Assembly (NCBI RefSeq): GCF_001194135.2
Contig: NC_068984.1
Coordinates: 121,927,802 to 121,991,801 of the forward strand
Direction of reading: 5' to 3'
DNA: 64,000 nucleotides
From: Octopus bimaculoides
Lineage: Eukaryota
Position numbers and translations under genes: made by a program. Positions within the stretch are counted from its first letter, which is position 1. The number at the start of each line of letters is the position of its first letter. The notes under the pieces were generated by a model, which saw nothing but the letters and a program-made list of their open reading frames with translations, did no database searches and was not told the origin of the DNA. This document shows positions 39,770 through 53,417 of the stretch, one piece after another.

Positions 39770-41142
39770 GTGTAGAGTCCAAAGATGTGGCAGTCAAATT
39801 ACAAGTTATTAAGAGAACATATGAAACTTCCAGTTGAGAAGGGGACTCGTTTGATATGTAAAAAGGAACTACATACTGGCTACTCAATGTAAAAGGTACA
39901 GTGGGATCAATAGTAGGTTTTCAAGAGTTCTAAATTTAAACCATTAAAATTTCATGTTAATTTATGTAACAAATACCAGCTTAATAATGACAAAGTTATT
40001 TTACTAAATTCTTAATTTTTTTTCTAAATTAATTGAAGCAAACACAGTGTATTTCAACAGAAATATGGTAACAAAAGGATTTATAAGCTGGATACAAGAA
40101 AAGGGTCTAAGAAGAGTTATCCTTTTGTATAAAGGGCAGACTGTATGAAGCATATGTGAAAAATGTGATGTACAGTGAAATATGGGCAATGAATATGGAA
40201 TATCTACAAAGGTTGGAGAGAAATGTAGTGAGTATAACCTACTGAATGTGTAATGTTAGCTGAACACAAACAAACACAAAGACAGCGTTTGATTATTAAA
40301 GACATAAATTGACATGTGCAGTAAAGATGACTGTGCTTGTATGGACATGTGATGTGAATGGATGATGAGAACTGGTTGGAAAAGTGAAAAAACACAATAT
40401 GCTATAGGGGTGTGCGGGGGTTACACATAGAAGATCAGGGAAGACATGGGGCGAAGAAGTGAGGTCAGACCTCAAGATGATAGAGGCTCACAAATGATTA
40501 AATTGATTAGTGCAGAAGACACATCAAATCCTTGCCAGCTTGGTAAACAGACATCAAAATGTTGATGAAAGGTTAATGTAAACTTGAATACAAAGCTGGA
40601 TATTGTTTAATTGTATCAAACAATACAACTAAACAATGTATTAAGTGATTACAATGCTGGCAGTGATATGGCAGCAATGTGTATTTTGAAGAACAACTAT
40701 GGTATTTATAATCATTCTTTTAGTTTAAGTGCCATAATCCATTTGATTTAAATGTTTTGAAGAAACACAATGTTATAATAAAAACCTTCCTGTTGTCAAA
40801 GAATTTGTTATAAGAACTACTGAATGAAAATGTATTGTGACAAGCCATCACCTCATCGATTATATTTATCATTTATTTATTTATTTATTTATACATTCAT
40901 TTTGTATGGCAATTTATGAACAATAGCGCCATTGGTTATAAGTTTCTAATGGACCAATTACTACAAGGGGCTCCATTTAAGAACATCAGTCTTTCCTTCA
41001 CAATGTTTACATCTTTGCTGATATACAGAGAAAGATTATATATATATGTGTGTGTGAGTGTGTACACACACACACACACATACACACATATATTGTTGAT
41101 GACATATATATATATGTATGTGTGGGTGGGTGGGTGTGTATA

Positions 41143-41173
<31 letters not shown>

Positions 41174-41180
41174 CTATCTA

Positions 41181-41246
<66 letters not shown>

Positions 41247-42281
41247 CGTTGAAAATATAAGAGAAGTGAAGTGAGACAATAGATGTTTATTCCATTAGTT
41301 TAATACTGTTTCACAATCATGTTACTTATATAATAGACATTACATCACCATTCATACATACATAGATATACACATACATATGTGTGTATGCTTATACACA
41401 CACACAGATGATGGGCTTTCAGTTTCCAGCTGCAAAATCCATTCACAAGATTTTAGTTGGCCCGGGGCTGTAGTAAAAACCACTTGCCCAAGGTTCTATG
41501 CAGTGGGACCAAACCCAGAACCATGTGGTTGGGAAGCAAACTCCTTACAACACAGCCATATCTGTGCCTGTAGCATATTTATATATAAACTAAAGTATTA
41601 ATTAGAAAGAGACAAATTTCCAGGTTGATAATACTCCTTGCCAAACCAACATATATCTAAACACAGAGGGTATATATAAACCATTATAAATATGCGAACA
41701 TATAACATATAAAAACATACATATACATATTATAGTGTAATTCTATGCTCAAATCAAAGTCGGATGAAGAATTGTATAAATACATACAGACAAATCAAAA
41801 AGTTTCAAGCTGATGAGATCACAGTTCACAATAACCCAAAAGGGAGGTCCTCAAATGAATCCAGCAAATACGAAAGAATTTTATGGCCATTTCCAGGAAT
41901 ATGCAAAGAAGTGTGCAGTTAAATCCTTTTCAACTTCAGTAATCCCCATTTCCTTCATCAGAGAATACGCACGGACACAAAGATATATATATATATATAT
42001 ATATCATCATCATCGTCGTTTAACGTCCGTCGGGCTTCTTCCAGTTTCCATCTACCAAATCCACTCACAAGGCTTTGGTTGACTTGAGGCTATAGTGGAA
42101 GACACTTGCCCAAAGTGCCACACTGAACCCGGAAGCATGCCAGACTGAACCTAGAAGCATGTGGTTGGGAAGCAAGCTTCTTATCACACAGCCACACCTG
42201 CACCTCCACCACACAGCCATGCCTATGTGCATTTATTTGTATATATATATATTCATATATATATATACATACATACATATA

Positions 42282-42313
<32 letters not shown>

Positions 42314-42314
42314 C

Positions 42315-42350
<36 letters not shown>

Positions 42351-43268
42351 NNNNNNNNNNNNNNNNNNNNNNNNNNNNNNNNNNNNNNNNNNNNNNNNNN
42401 NNNNNNNNNNNNNNNNNNNNNNNNNNNNNNNNNNNNNNNNNNNNNNNNNNNNNNNNNNNNNNNNNNNNNNNTCTACAGCTGGATGCCCTTCCTAACGCCA
42501 ACCACTCAGAGAGTGTAGTGGGTGCTTTTACGTGTCACCCGCACGAAAACGGCCACGCTCGAAATGGTGTCTTTTATGTGCCACCCGCACAAGAGCTAGT
42601 CCAGGGGCACTGGCAATGATCTCGCTTGAAAACACTACAAGGCCAGTCAGGCGGTACTGGCAACGGTCACGCTCAGGATGGTACATCTTATGTGCCACCC
42701 GCACAAGAGCCAGTCCAGGGGCACTGGCAACGATCTCACTTGGCTTGCCGGGTCTTCTCACGCACAGCACATTTCCAAAGGTCTCGATACATACATATAT
42801 ATATCTATATATGCATATGCATGCATTTTATGATGGCCCACATTTGCTTATATGCATAGGTCTAAAATAATATATATATTTTTACAAAGAATCATACGTA
42901 AAACTGAACTGAATTCCCCTTCAGATATTTATAGTAACATAGACCATAACCTTTGCCTCCCCAAAACACAGGTCAAATTTTAAAAATAATAATCAAATAA
43001 CGTCAACAACAATTAAACCCCAATTAGACATAAGCTGACCTACTAACCTATATATGGTACAAAAGTATGTAAATAAAAAACAAGACAAGGTAAAAGAAAA
43101 ACTAAACAAACAGGGAGTGTTAGGTTGACAATCAGGAAAATTGGAAGACTGTCTATAATGTTTTGAGCATTTGCACCTCTGCAGAAAGAACAGATGAGAA
43201 GAGAGAGAAAAAAAACAGAAAAACAAATTGAATGTATCTAAATTACACGGTCACATATGTGTGTGCAC

Positions 43269-43312
<44 letters not shown>

Positions 43313-46300
43313 TATGATATATACATACATATATGTTTATACATACTTTTATATATGTATATATATATATATATATATGACAGGCTTCTTTCAATTTCTA
43401 TCTACCAAAGCCACTCAAAAGATTTTGGGCAGCATAAGACTATAATAGAAAACACTTGCCCAAGATGCCACGCAGTGGAACCGAATCCAGAACTATGTGG
43501 TTGGGAAGCAAGCTTCTTAGCTTGCAGCTATGCCTGTGCCTTTATAAATTAGCAACCAAGTAATATAGTACTCAATAACAAAAGTAGAATATTATAACAC
43601 AATAAAATATATATAGGTGTATGCTTATGTGTATATATATCTATAGAAACATGACAGGCTTTTTTGATTCTTTCAAGTAAATCTACACACAAGGAGGTGG
43701 TCAGCCCAGGGTTGTAGTAGAAGGTGTCTTGCAGCATGACTGAAATCAAAATCATGTGGTTTGAAAGCAAACTTCTTAATCACATGGCCATTTATTACAT
43801 GATCATGTGACCAACCAAGCTATCAGATGTTACACATCGCTAGTCACAATGCACTTTTGCATTGTTTTAGCCTGCAAATGACACCACCCTGCTGGCTAGG
43901 TAAGCAGGCCAACATTCCCCACTGATCAAAAGGGGGATTGAAGCAACATGAAATGAAGTGTATTGCTCAAAAACACAACATGCACCCAGTCCGGGAATTG
44001 AACTCATGATCTAATGATTGTGCGTGCAACAGCCTAACCACTAGGTCACGCACACACACACACATAATATTATACTATATTACATTGTTATATCATATTA
44101 CATTATATTATATTATATTATATTAAATTATGAACTAAAAGCAGCTCTAATAATGTAGACACTATCAGTCACACATATATAGTGTATGTGGTTTGTTTAT
44201 ATGCCAAACTTGTGGAATAGCGTGAAAAAATAAATAGAAATGGCTTTTCTGATAATTTTTCCACTTTGATAATTACATGTTTATAATGATTCATAAACAT
44301 CCAATTATTGAAGTGGAAAAATTATCAGAAAAGCCATTCCTATTCATTTTTTTTCAAACACACACACACACAAACACGCATGCACACATGTATGTCAGCT
44401 TGTAGATGTGTATTACCATCACTGACAAAGCAATGCTTGTGCAAAATTTTAGGTGCAATAAGACTTGCACACCTTCTCACAAACCCTCTTCGCCCTACTG
44501 ACATGATCCTGAGACAAACCGAAGCAAGACATCTAGTGCCAATATGGGTTGCACATTAGGGATATGTGGGAGTGCCATGATTTTAAGCACAAACAAAATG
44601 TACCCCCAAATGTCCATGTCATTCCATGCATATCTATTTTTTTTTTTTATATCAGGGTGACTTTCTCCTAGAGACATGCTTTAAAAAAGAGCTGAGAGTA
44701 CCTCACTCCTAGTGGTCTTCCAGCATACTGGATGCCAACCCAGAATTTCTGAGTGCCCATGTTATTATTAGATAGTCATTGAACTTACACTGGTTCATTT
44801 GTCCTTTTGACAGGTCTTGTTTTAGTCCTGCTGGGTTTCTAGCCACCCTCTTCTCCAGGTTAGCCTAGTGGGGATGCTGGTTTACTTGCCAACAACCTGT
44901 CCATGCAACAAGCTGTACTGGATTCCATGTTACCAGTAGCCCTCATGAGAGACCTCACAAGTGACTCGACACATATATACACACACATCCACACATATGA
45001 GAATGCATAGACTAGACATATATACTTAAATATATATATGTGTTTGTGTTTATGTATGCACACAGTATTAATTAGATATCAAAGAAAGATTTAGCTAGCC
45101 ATGTATACATAATTAATACTAATTAATGCTATTGAAATGATAGACTGTTACTTCAAACATATTTGTATATATCTCATATGGTCTAGTGTAGGTATGTATT
45201 AAGTGAACAATGCCCTACAGCAATATAGCTTCTCCCAAATAAGCCAACCTTGCTTTTCTATACGCTACATTTAGTGCAGATGGTAGGAGCAGCCATACTG
45301 ATGGGGTTCTGATGAATAGCAAATGTCTGGTAATCTAAAACTGGTTATTCATTACTTTGTAGGTAAGGTTTTTTAATCAAAGCCTAAACGTTGTGATAAC
45401 CTTGAAATGTTACCTCCCCCTTCAACTGTGACATGTATAGCCCACCAGCACAAACATGTTCTGAAGTCCAGTAATCAGTACTTATTCAAGGGTAAAATGA
45501 TAATGCTTAATGGTTGGGTGTTGGGCCAGCAACAAAATACTGTAACAACATAAAACTCATTAAAGAAATTTTGAGAATTAACATTCTAGAAGGCAAGAAT
45601 AAAAGAGAGATGGTAGATGTGAGATGGAATTGGGCCAGATCCAAAAGGAAGTCCAATGCCTAATAGATAGGATCATCAATGCTAAATACACTACAAAAAT
45701 TAGGATGTGGGATGGATGCAGTCTATACTAGGTAGGAAAGATAACTAAGTACTGAAAGAAATGAAACAATACTGTCTAAGTATTTTTGGGAACTAGTAAA
45801 GTATGATGGACAGGATAAAAATAGCTGACAAGAAGATTATCATGTCCATGGAGTTGGTATTATATGAACTAAAGAAGTAACATAAGCATTGGTAGAATGG
45901 AAACCAGTCAGTGATCAAATTATAATAGCTAGATTGTAAAGTCAATTCAATACAAATCTATGCATTAACTGGAACTGATACTGATGTTTTTGTTTTTTTT
46001 TATAATCAGTTGCAAATAGTCATAGAGAATGTAATGAGTTAAGATATCAAGTTATTAACTGGAGATTTAAGTGCTAAACTGGATGAAAAGAGAAGTGAAG
46101 TAGAATCTTACATTTTACCCACAAAGGTTTACAGAAATGATCAATGAAAATGGAGAGCGGCTACTGTTACTAAATAGTCTCTATAACTCAAACAATGGGA
46201 ATAATTTTTTCAGACATAAAAACATCCATAAGATAATCAGGACATCTTCGAATACCAGTAGCAGAAATAGAATCAATTAACTTCCATAACTTGTTATAGA

Positions 46301-46550
46301 AAAAAGTCTAGTTGATGCTAAAAGAGAACAAAAGGGTCAAATCAGCAGATGATATGCAACTGAGAACCTGAAAGAACCAGTTGTAGCAGAAAGGTTTCAT
46401 GTGAAGGTAAGAAATTAGCTGCAGGTTTTAAATACAAGAGCAAGAAAAGAAATATTGAAGGGCAATGAAAAGGATTTATTCAGACCATCAATGTCAGGAA
46501 AAGACACAGCTAAGAGGGAGCAATAGATATCAGTAGAATCATGGACTATG

Positions 46551-46938
46551 ATTTGTTGTTGGCACTCCGTCGCTTACAACATCGAGGGTTCCAGTTGATC
46601 CGATCAACGGAACAGCCTGCTCGTGAAATTAACGTGCAAGTGGCTGAGTACTCCACAGACACGTGTACCCTTAACGTAGTTCTCGGGGATATTCAGCGTA
46701 ACACAGTGTGACAAGGTTGACCCTTTGAATTACAGGCACAACAGAAACAGGAAGTAAGAGTGAGAGAAAGTTGTGGTGGAAGAGTTCAGCAGGGTTTGCC
46801 ACCATCCCCTGCCGGAGCCTCGTGGAGTTTTAGGTGTTTTCGCTCAATGAACACTCACAACGCCCGGTCTGGGAATCAAAACCGCGATTCTATGACCGCG
46901 AGTCCGCTGCCCTAACCACTGGGCCATTGCGCCTCCAC
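46551..46938 (-). mobile_element. tRNA-derived SINE family D with a long conserved-type central domain, young copy
   Basis: Head GGAGGCGCAATGGCCCAGTGGTTAGGGC; 11-bp TSD CATGGA(C/A)TATG. Relatives at about 29860-30230, 35215-35490, 43790-44050, 51015-51200, 61150-61390 and 63040-63300. Assignment to a named SINE superfamily not attempted. Confidence 0.8.
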
Positions 46939-47412
46939 CATGGAATATGGTAGATTGAGAAGAAAGATGCAAAAATCAACATAAAGGGGAGCCAACCAGA
47001 ATCTTGGAAGAGTGGAGAGTTGAGGATAAACACTACATACTTCTGGATAAAAGATGAACTGAAGTTGCAAGAGAGACAAGAGGGGTCAGCAGTGAGCTAA
47101 AGCACAGAGAGCAGCAGATATGTGGCTAAAAATAACACTGTATATATATAAGACAGACAAAATAATTTATTGATAGGAAAAGTATTAGCAATCAGGAGCA
47201 AAGCTGACTGCATCCTAATGATTGGTGAAGCTCAAACCTAGAGACTTTTAAGGGAAGTAATCAATCAGCCACCACCACCACAGCTGCTGCTGCTACCACT
47301 GGCCTCCACCACCCAGTCCTTTTAATTTTGAACAAGAAATGGATGCCACTCAATTGAATGTGTCACTGGAAGACACAACAGAACAAGTCCTTACAGTCAT
47401 TAAATACTGAAG

Positions 47413-47665
47413 TAGTGGTTCTCGATCATTTTTTCACCAATTCACTCTTGATTCCTGCTTTACTTGCATGGACCCTCATAACCATTTGATATTTAAGAAA
47501 ACCTATTATATTTTTATAATTAAATATCATCAGATTTTGTATAAAAATTTGTTAAAATATTTTGTGTATTGCAGAAGTGTAACCAATTTATTGCACATAA
47601 ACTTTAACAACAAAATCTTATGTGGACCCCACAAAGGTCATATGGACCCCTGTTGAGAACCACTG
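47413..47665. mobile_element. hAT-type MITE related to 39442-39769
   Basis: tagtggttctc...gttgagaaccactg termini; internal sequence is an inverted relative of the 39.5-kb element. Confidence 0.7.
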
Positions 47666-48932
47666 CACAAAAGGAATAACAAGGCAGTAGTACAGGATCA
47701 TATCCCAGCAGAAATGTTGAAACATGGGCAGGGAATTATTGCACAGGAACTTGTCTATCTTTTCAATATGATATGCTATACAGAACAGTGCCCAGATGAT
47801 GGGAGACAAGAAGTTATTCTGACTCTACCAAAGAAGTGATACCTCAGTGCTTGTAACATTTAGTGAGGTATCATATTGTTCTTGATTTCAAGGAAAAACA
47901 TTTAGTACAGCAGTCCTCAATAGACTAAGACAAAAATTAACCCACAACCTCCATGAACATTAGGCTGACTTTCCTAACATGTACAGAACAAATTTTCAAC
48001 TGTATAAAACAGCATTGTGAATTTCATATACCTCTAGTTATCAATTGCACTGACCCACAAACTTCAAGATGACCTTTAGCAGAATTCACCATGGATTACA
48101 ATAAGAGATTGTACAAATCAACAGCATCCATGAAAAATTTATCAACAACTTCACATCCCTCTATTAACATTCTTTTCATTGTATCAGAACAAGATGAGAA
48201 TCTAGAGTTAATTGACACTATGTCAGTGTCCACCAAGACTTTTCCTTTTAATAATTGTTTCAGTTGTTGGACTGCAGCCCTGCTGGTGCACAGCCTTGAA
48301 GGGTGTAGCTGAGCAGATCAATCTCATCACTTACTTTTAAAACTGGTACTTATTCTATCAGTTTCATTTTTGCCAAACTGCTAAGTTGTGGTGACATGAA
48401 CAAACCAACACTGGTTGTCAAGTAATGGTGAGAGACAAACATAAAAACAAAAACACACAGACACAGACACACACACACACACACACACACAACTGGCTTT
48501 TAGTCTCAGTTCACAAGGCTTTAGTTGGCTCAGGCCTATAGTAAAAGACACTTGCCTAAGGTGCCATGCAGTTGAACTGAACCTAGAAGCATGTAGTTGG
48601 GAAAGTGTATTGTTTTCATTTTTCTCCAGCCTATTTGTAATAACTTCATTATAAAGAAGATTATGAGCAACTCGGCACATGGAACAGAATGAGAAGGGAA
48701 GCTAGGTGATTTGGATTCTGCTGATGATATTGCACAACTAAGTCATCAAGGTGGAGAGTGGACTGGAAATAACATCGACCTTATGTGCAAATGCAAGGAA
48801 AAGAGGACTTTGTATTGGCATACATTCAAATTTATGTTCATGAAACAAAGTAATATATAACTGAGTCACCCTGTTAATACACACATACATATATGTATAT
48901 ACAAATATTTATGTGCATTTCTATGCATGTGA

Positions 48933-48977
<45 letters not shown>

Positions 48978-48981
<4 letters not shown>

Positions 48982-50263
48982 GCCATCCCATAAGTTCTGT
49001 CCGAATTTTGAATAAAGAAAACAAGTGATCAAATGTTATATTTAATTGAAATTTAATCATCAATGTACTTTCCCTGATTATCTATGACTTCCTTCCATCT
49101 ATTGACAAGCTTTTTAATCCCATCAATGTAAAACTCTTTTGGTTTCAAAGTGAAGAACTCAGAAATGTCAGTTTTGACCTCCTCCTGGCTTGCGAAAGTT
49201 ATGTCCCCCAAATGATTCTGTAAACTACAAAACAAATGGTAGTCTGAAGGAGCAAGGTCAGAAGAATAAGGTGGATGAGGAATTTTTTCCCACCCAAGTT
49301 CTTTGATCTTCTGTGATGTGATCTTTGCAGTGTGGGGTCGTGCATTATCCTGATGAAACATCACTCCTTTTCGATTCACTAAAGCGGGTCTTTTTTTCTT
49401 CAAAGCTTGGTTCAAACACTCTAATTGCTGACAGTAGACTTGAGCATTGATTGTTGCATTAGGTGGTAACAATTCAAAGTAAATTACTCTTTTGCAATCC
49501 CACCAGATAGAGAGAAGAACCTTTTTCTCATGAAGTTCCCTTCTCAGTTATGGTTGAGCTTTTTCCCTTTTACCAAGCAGCCACTGTTTACAACGTTTAA
49601 TATTTCGATAGAAGATCCATTTTTCATCACCAGTCACAAGTCTATCCAAAATGAGTGAAATGAGTTTGCGAGAATGGAGAGAAGAGCAGATGTCAAATTG
49701 GGATTTGCGGTTGCTTTCAGACAATTCATGAGGCACCCATTTTCCAAGTTTAGAAACCTTTCCAAGCTGTTGAAGATGACGATGAACAGTTGTATGGTTT
49801 GAACTAAGCTTTATTGCCAATTCTTCAACTGATAATGCAAGATTTTCTTCAAGTAATGCCTCAAGGAGCTTATCATCAAACTCAACTGGATATCCTGTTT
49901 GATCTTCATCTTCAAGGCTGAAATCTCCACTTCTGATTTTTGCAAACCATCTTCTGCAAGTACTTTCATTCAAGCATTCTTTTCCATAAACTGAGTGTAT
50001 GTTTCAAGTCACTTCGGCTGCAGAGTTTCCTTTCTTGTACTCATAAAGCATTATGTGCCTCAAATACTCTTTGGATACTTCCATGTTAGAAAGGGTTTCA
50101 AAGAAATTTTAATTCTATTATTCTGTGAAATAATATTTAATTAGTTTAAATGTACACAAATGCATAAAAATAATTTTTAATTCCATTAGACATTCTAAAA
50201 TACTATTAAATTTCATTCAATTTAAAAAAGGTAAAATCGGACAGAACTTATGGGATGAACTGA
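48978..50263 (-). mobile_element. Full-length mariner (DD34D) transposon, 1286 bp
   Basis: About 30-bp TIRs TCAG(GC/TT)CATCCCATAAGTTCTGTCCGA flanked by TA within (TA)n; encloses a transposase reading frame. Confidence 0.95.
49053..50084 (-). pseudogene. Mariner transposase with two in-frame nonsense codons
   Basis: MEVSKEYLRHIMLYEYKKG...WVPHEL...TGDEKW...HQDNARPH...YSSDLAPSDYHLF; 34 residues between the last two catalytic Asp. Stops TGA at 50006-50004 and TAA at 49550-49548; no frameshift seen. Confidence 0.92.
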
Positions 50264-50370
50264 TATATATATGTATATATGTGTATATGTATGAACACAC
50301 AAGCAGAAATGGGAACTCCATTGGGCTTGAAGCAAACATGTTAGTTAGATTAATCCTTTGCTCAGGTTTA

Positions 50371-50423
<53 letters not shown>

Positions 50424-51750
50424 CATGTGCATGTGAGTTAGTGTGGCTGTACTCATAAACCTGTTAACGAGAAAAGGAGAAAGTGAGAGAGAAACAGAGA
50501 AAGAGACAGAGAGAGAGTGTGCAACAGATTTAGTGAGAGATTACTACTCCTACTACTACTACTACTACTACTACTACTATTACTACTACTACTACTATTA
50601 CTACTACTACTACTGACTGTATACAAATGCTGTAACATTCAGGTTTATCTGTACTATTACAATGACAGCTAACCTTAGAACAACGGCTATAGTACTGATA
50701 TATAGTTCACTAATCATATATCAATCCCCTATGGGGCAGCAATCTCTCAACTATCTTTCATAAGTCCTGCTTTGTATTAACAGATTTGTGGTTTCATATA
50801 GCTAGTGGCACAGTTGTTGTTGCTACTATTACTATTGTTGTTGTTTCAGAAGATGTGGAATGGTAGAAATGGTAATATGCAGGACAAACTGTCTTGTAGA
50901 ATTTAGATACCATTCTTTTATGTTCTAGATTTAAATTTGTATGGAATAATGTAATGTGGGTCAATAAAATATGGAATATACAGAAAATTTATTTGATCAG
51001 CTCTATCCCACCTTTGAGGAGGCACATGGCTCAGTGGTTAGAGCAGTGAGCTCACAATTTTGAGGTAGTGAGTTCAATTCCCAAACTAGGCTGTGTGTTG
51101 TGTTCTTGAGTAAGACACTTTATTTCACATTGCTCCAGTTTGCTCAGTTGTAGAAATGAGTTGTGACATCACCGGTGTCAAGCTGTACCAGCCTTTGCCA
51201 ACTTTCTGGGGTGAAATCCCATGGTCTTTACCCTTTTTCTATCCTGCCCTTAGTAAGTTTACGGCCTGGTACCTATGTTACAAATCCTTATTAGAGAGCT
51301 GGGCAGAATCCGTATGATGTGCTGGTTTTGGGGTTTTTTTAAAGTTTTTTTTAAGCTTGTAAAGAATGTTTTCTTTAAATGATTTCTGAGATTTCTTAAA
51401 AGACAAACAAAATTTTCACCTTTTTGCCTTTTCTTGTCTTATTCTAAACTTCTCTGAACTTCTCTTAATTTATTCAGTTACAGTATTTCACCTTCTTTCT
51501 TTGCCTTCCTAACCTCTACTACAAAAGGTGTTACCCTGTTGTCTTACTATGCTAATCCTTATAATATCAGAATAAAATATGTTGCAGCATTTATTTAGGT
51601 TCTTTACAACCAGAATCCAAATTTTGCAGGGGACCACTTTGCCATTCAATTTCAGAATCAACGAAATTAAGTACCAAAATCAGTCAAGAACTGGGGTTGA
51701 TGAAATAAGCTTAGTCTTCCCTTTCAAAATTGCTAGCATTTCATCCATAC

Positions 51751-51942
51751 TCTTTTACTTGTTTCAGTCATTTGACTGTGGCCATGCTGGAGCACCACCT
51801 TTAATCAAGCAAATCAACCCCAGGACTTATTCTTTGTAAACCTAGTACTTATTCTATTGGTCTCTTTTGCCAAACCGCTAAGTTACAGGACGTAAACACA
51901 CCAGCATCGGTTGTCAAGCGATGTTGGCGGGGACAAACACAG

Positions 51943-51999
<57 letters not shown>

Positions 52000-52165
52000 T
52001 ATGATGGGCTTCTTTCAGTTTCCATCTACCAAATCCACTCACGAGGCTTTGGTCGGCCCAAGGCTATAGTAGAAGACACTCGCCCAAGATGCCACGCAGT
52101 GGGACTGAACCCGATACTATGTGGTTCGTAAGCAAGCTACTTACCACACAGCCACTCCTATGCCT
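51751..52165 (-). mobile_element. tRNA-derived SINE family B (GGAGTGGCTGTGTGGTAAG head) with internal (TA/CA)n
   Basis: Near-full copy; A/B boxes, central dinucleotide tract, ...CCAGCATGGCC(G/A)CAGTCAAATGACTGAAACAAGTAAAAGA tail. Many copies, e.g. 1310-1750, 9540-9710, 20880-21190, 22310-22460, 26150-26560, 41400-41570, 43380-43530, 48240-48600 and 62405-62545. Confidence 0.85.
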
Positions 52166-52180
52166 AAAGAAAAAGTAATT

Positions 52181-52253
52181 TGCCCAACGTGGGGCATGAA
52201 CCCACAACCCCGAGATTAAGAGTCTTGTGCTCTATCAACTGAGCTAGCCGGGC
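52181..52253 (-). tRNA. tRNA-Lys(CTT)-derived sequence, probably a pseudogene
   Basis: GCCCGGCTAGCTCAGTTGATAGAGCACAAGACTCTTAATCTCGGGGTTGTGGGTTCATGCCCCACGTTGGGCA (73 nt) closely follows metazoan tRNA-Lys-CTT. B-box altered (GTTCGAG to GTTCATG), anticodon-stem mismatch, D-loop GG changed to GA; a T5 run follows 6 nt downstream. Confidence 0.85.
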
Positions 52254-52575
52254 TACACATTCTGAGTTCAAATTCTACTAGGGTCAACTTTGCCTTTCAT
52301 CCTTTTGAGGGTTGATAAAATAAGCACCAGTGAAACACTGGAGTCAATGTAATCAACTAGCCCTCTCCCCTCAAATTTCAAGCCCTCTGCTTATAATAGA
52401 AAAGAATTTTAAGGCAATGAGTTGGCAGAAGCGTTAGTACAGCGGGTAAAATGTTTAGCAGCATTTCAGCCATCTTCATGTTCCGAGTTCAAATTGCTAG
52501 TCTTGTGCCAAAATTTGAAACCATGATGATGATGACGATGACGATGACGATGACTACTACTACTACTACTATTAC

Positions 52576-52659
<84 letters not shown>

Positions 52660-52889
52660 GGTGGCGAGCTGGCAAAACCATTAGCACAGCAGATAAAATG
52701 CTTAGCAACATTTCATCCATCTTTGCGTTCAGAGTTCAAATTCTGCTAAGGTCGACTTTGCCTTTCATCCTTTTGGGTTTGATAAATTAAGTACCAGTTA
52801 TGCACTGGGGTCAATGAAATTGACTCATCCCCTCCCCCAAAATTTCAAGCCTTGTGCCTATGGTAGAAAGGATTATTATTATTATCATT

Positions 52890-53253
52890 ATTACCTCCGC
52901 CTTAGCGAAGGCGCAAGTATTGTTTTCAGTCGTGTTTGTTTGTTTCTTTGTTTGTCTGTGGACAAGATATCTCAAGAACTGTTGGATGGATTCAGATGAA
53001 ACTTTCAGGGATGTTTGGCCTCATGACTGGCACAAACTGATTAGATTTGGGGATCAATCCAGTACCGGACAAGGATTTTGAATTATTTTTCCTGTTTTTT
53101 TACTTAATTTTTGAGAGCAGTCAGGTTCATTTTTAATATTCTCGTTTGTGAGAGCAGTCAAACATTCTCATTTTAAAAATCATCTCTTGCTAATTGTTGA
53201 GAGGACGTTGGTATTGCCTTAGCAGAGGTTTGCGCTTTCTGAGTGCTCATATT
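52890..53253 (+). mobile_element. Non-autonomous Helentron (HINE/DINE-like) element
   Basis: 5' ttACCTCCGCC, (GTTT)n microsatellite, 3' subterminal IR AGCAGAGGT and stem-loop GCGCTTTCTGAGTGC; sits in a T-rich (ATT)n tail. Confidence 0.7.
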
Positions 53254-53417
53254 ATTATTATTATTCTGAGTCCAAATTCTGCCAAAGTTGACTTTGTCTT
53301 TCATTTTGTCGGGGTCAATAAAATAAGTAGCAGTTGAGCACTGGGGTCAATGAAATCAACTTATCCTCTTCTCCGAAATTGTTGGCCCTGTACCAAAATT
53401 TGAAATCATTATTATTA

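Larger units (their letters stand above)
37700..40560 (+). mobile_element. Highly degenerate, fragmented RTE-clade LINE interrupted by MITEs
   Basis: LKLLDKVLKVVERI near 38850; KGRLYEAYV..VMYSEIWAM...LQRLERN near 40130-40225. Boundaries approximate. Confidence 0.6.
45600..48790 (+). mobile_element. Degenerate RTE-like LINE (APE endonuclease and RT fragments) with nested insertions
   Basis: GVGII...ALVEWKPVSDQIIIAR, LLTGDLSAKL, NENGERL, FFRHKNIHK, LPKK-D..C-N..GI and DLDSADDIA motifs; interrupted by a SINE, a hAT MITE and a second SINE. Confidence 0.7.

Noticed and set aside
42530-42760. Internally repeated 85-bp unit producing ORFs 42528-42870
   Set aside because: It is a duplicated module of the family C repeat, whose reverse complement also begins the window; not a gene.
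52181-52253. Functional link between the tRNA-Lys copy and the neighbouring tRNA-modifying gene
   Set aside because: tRNA-like sequences are abundant in this genome, the copy is degenerate and it lies 18 kb away; proximity is expected by chance.
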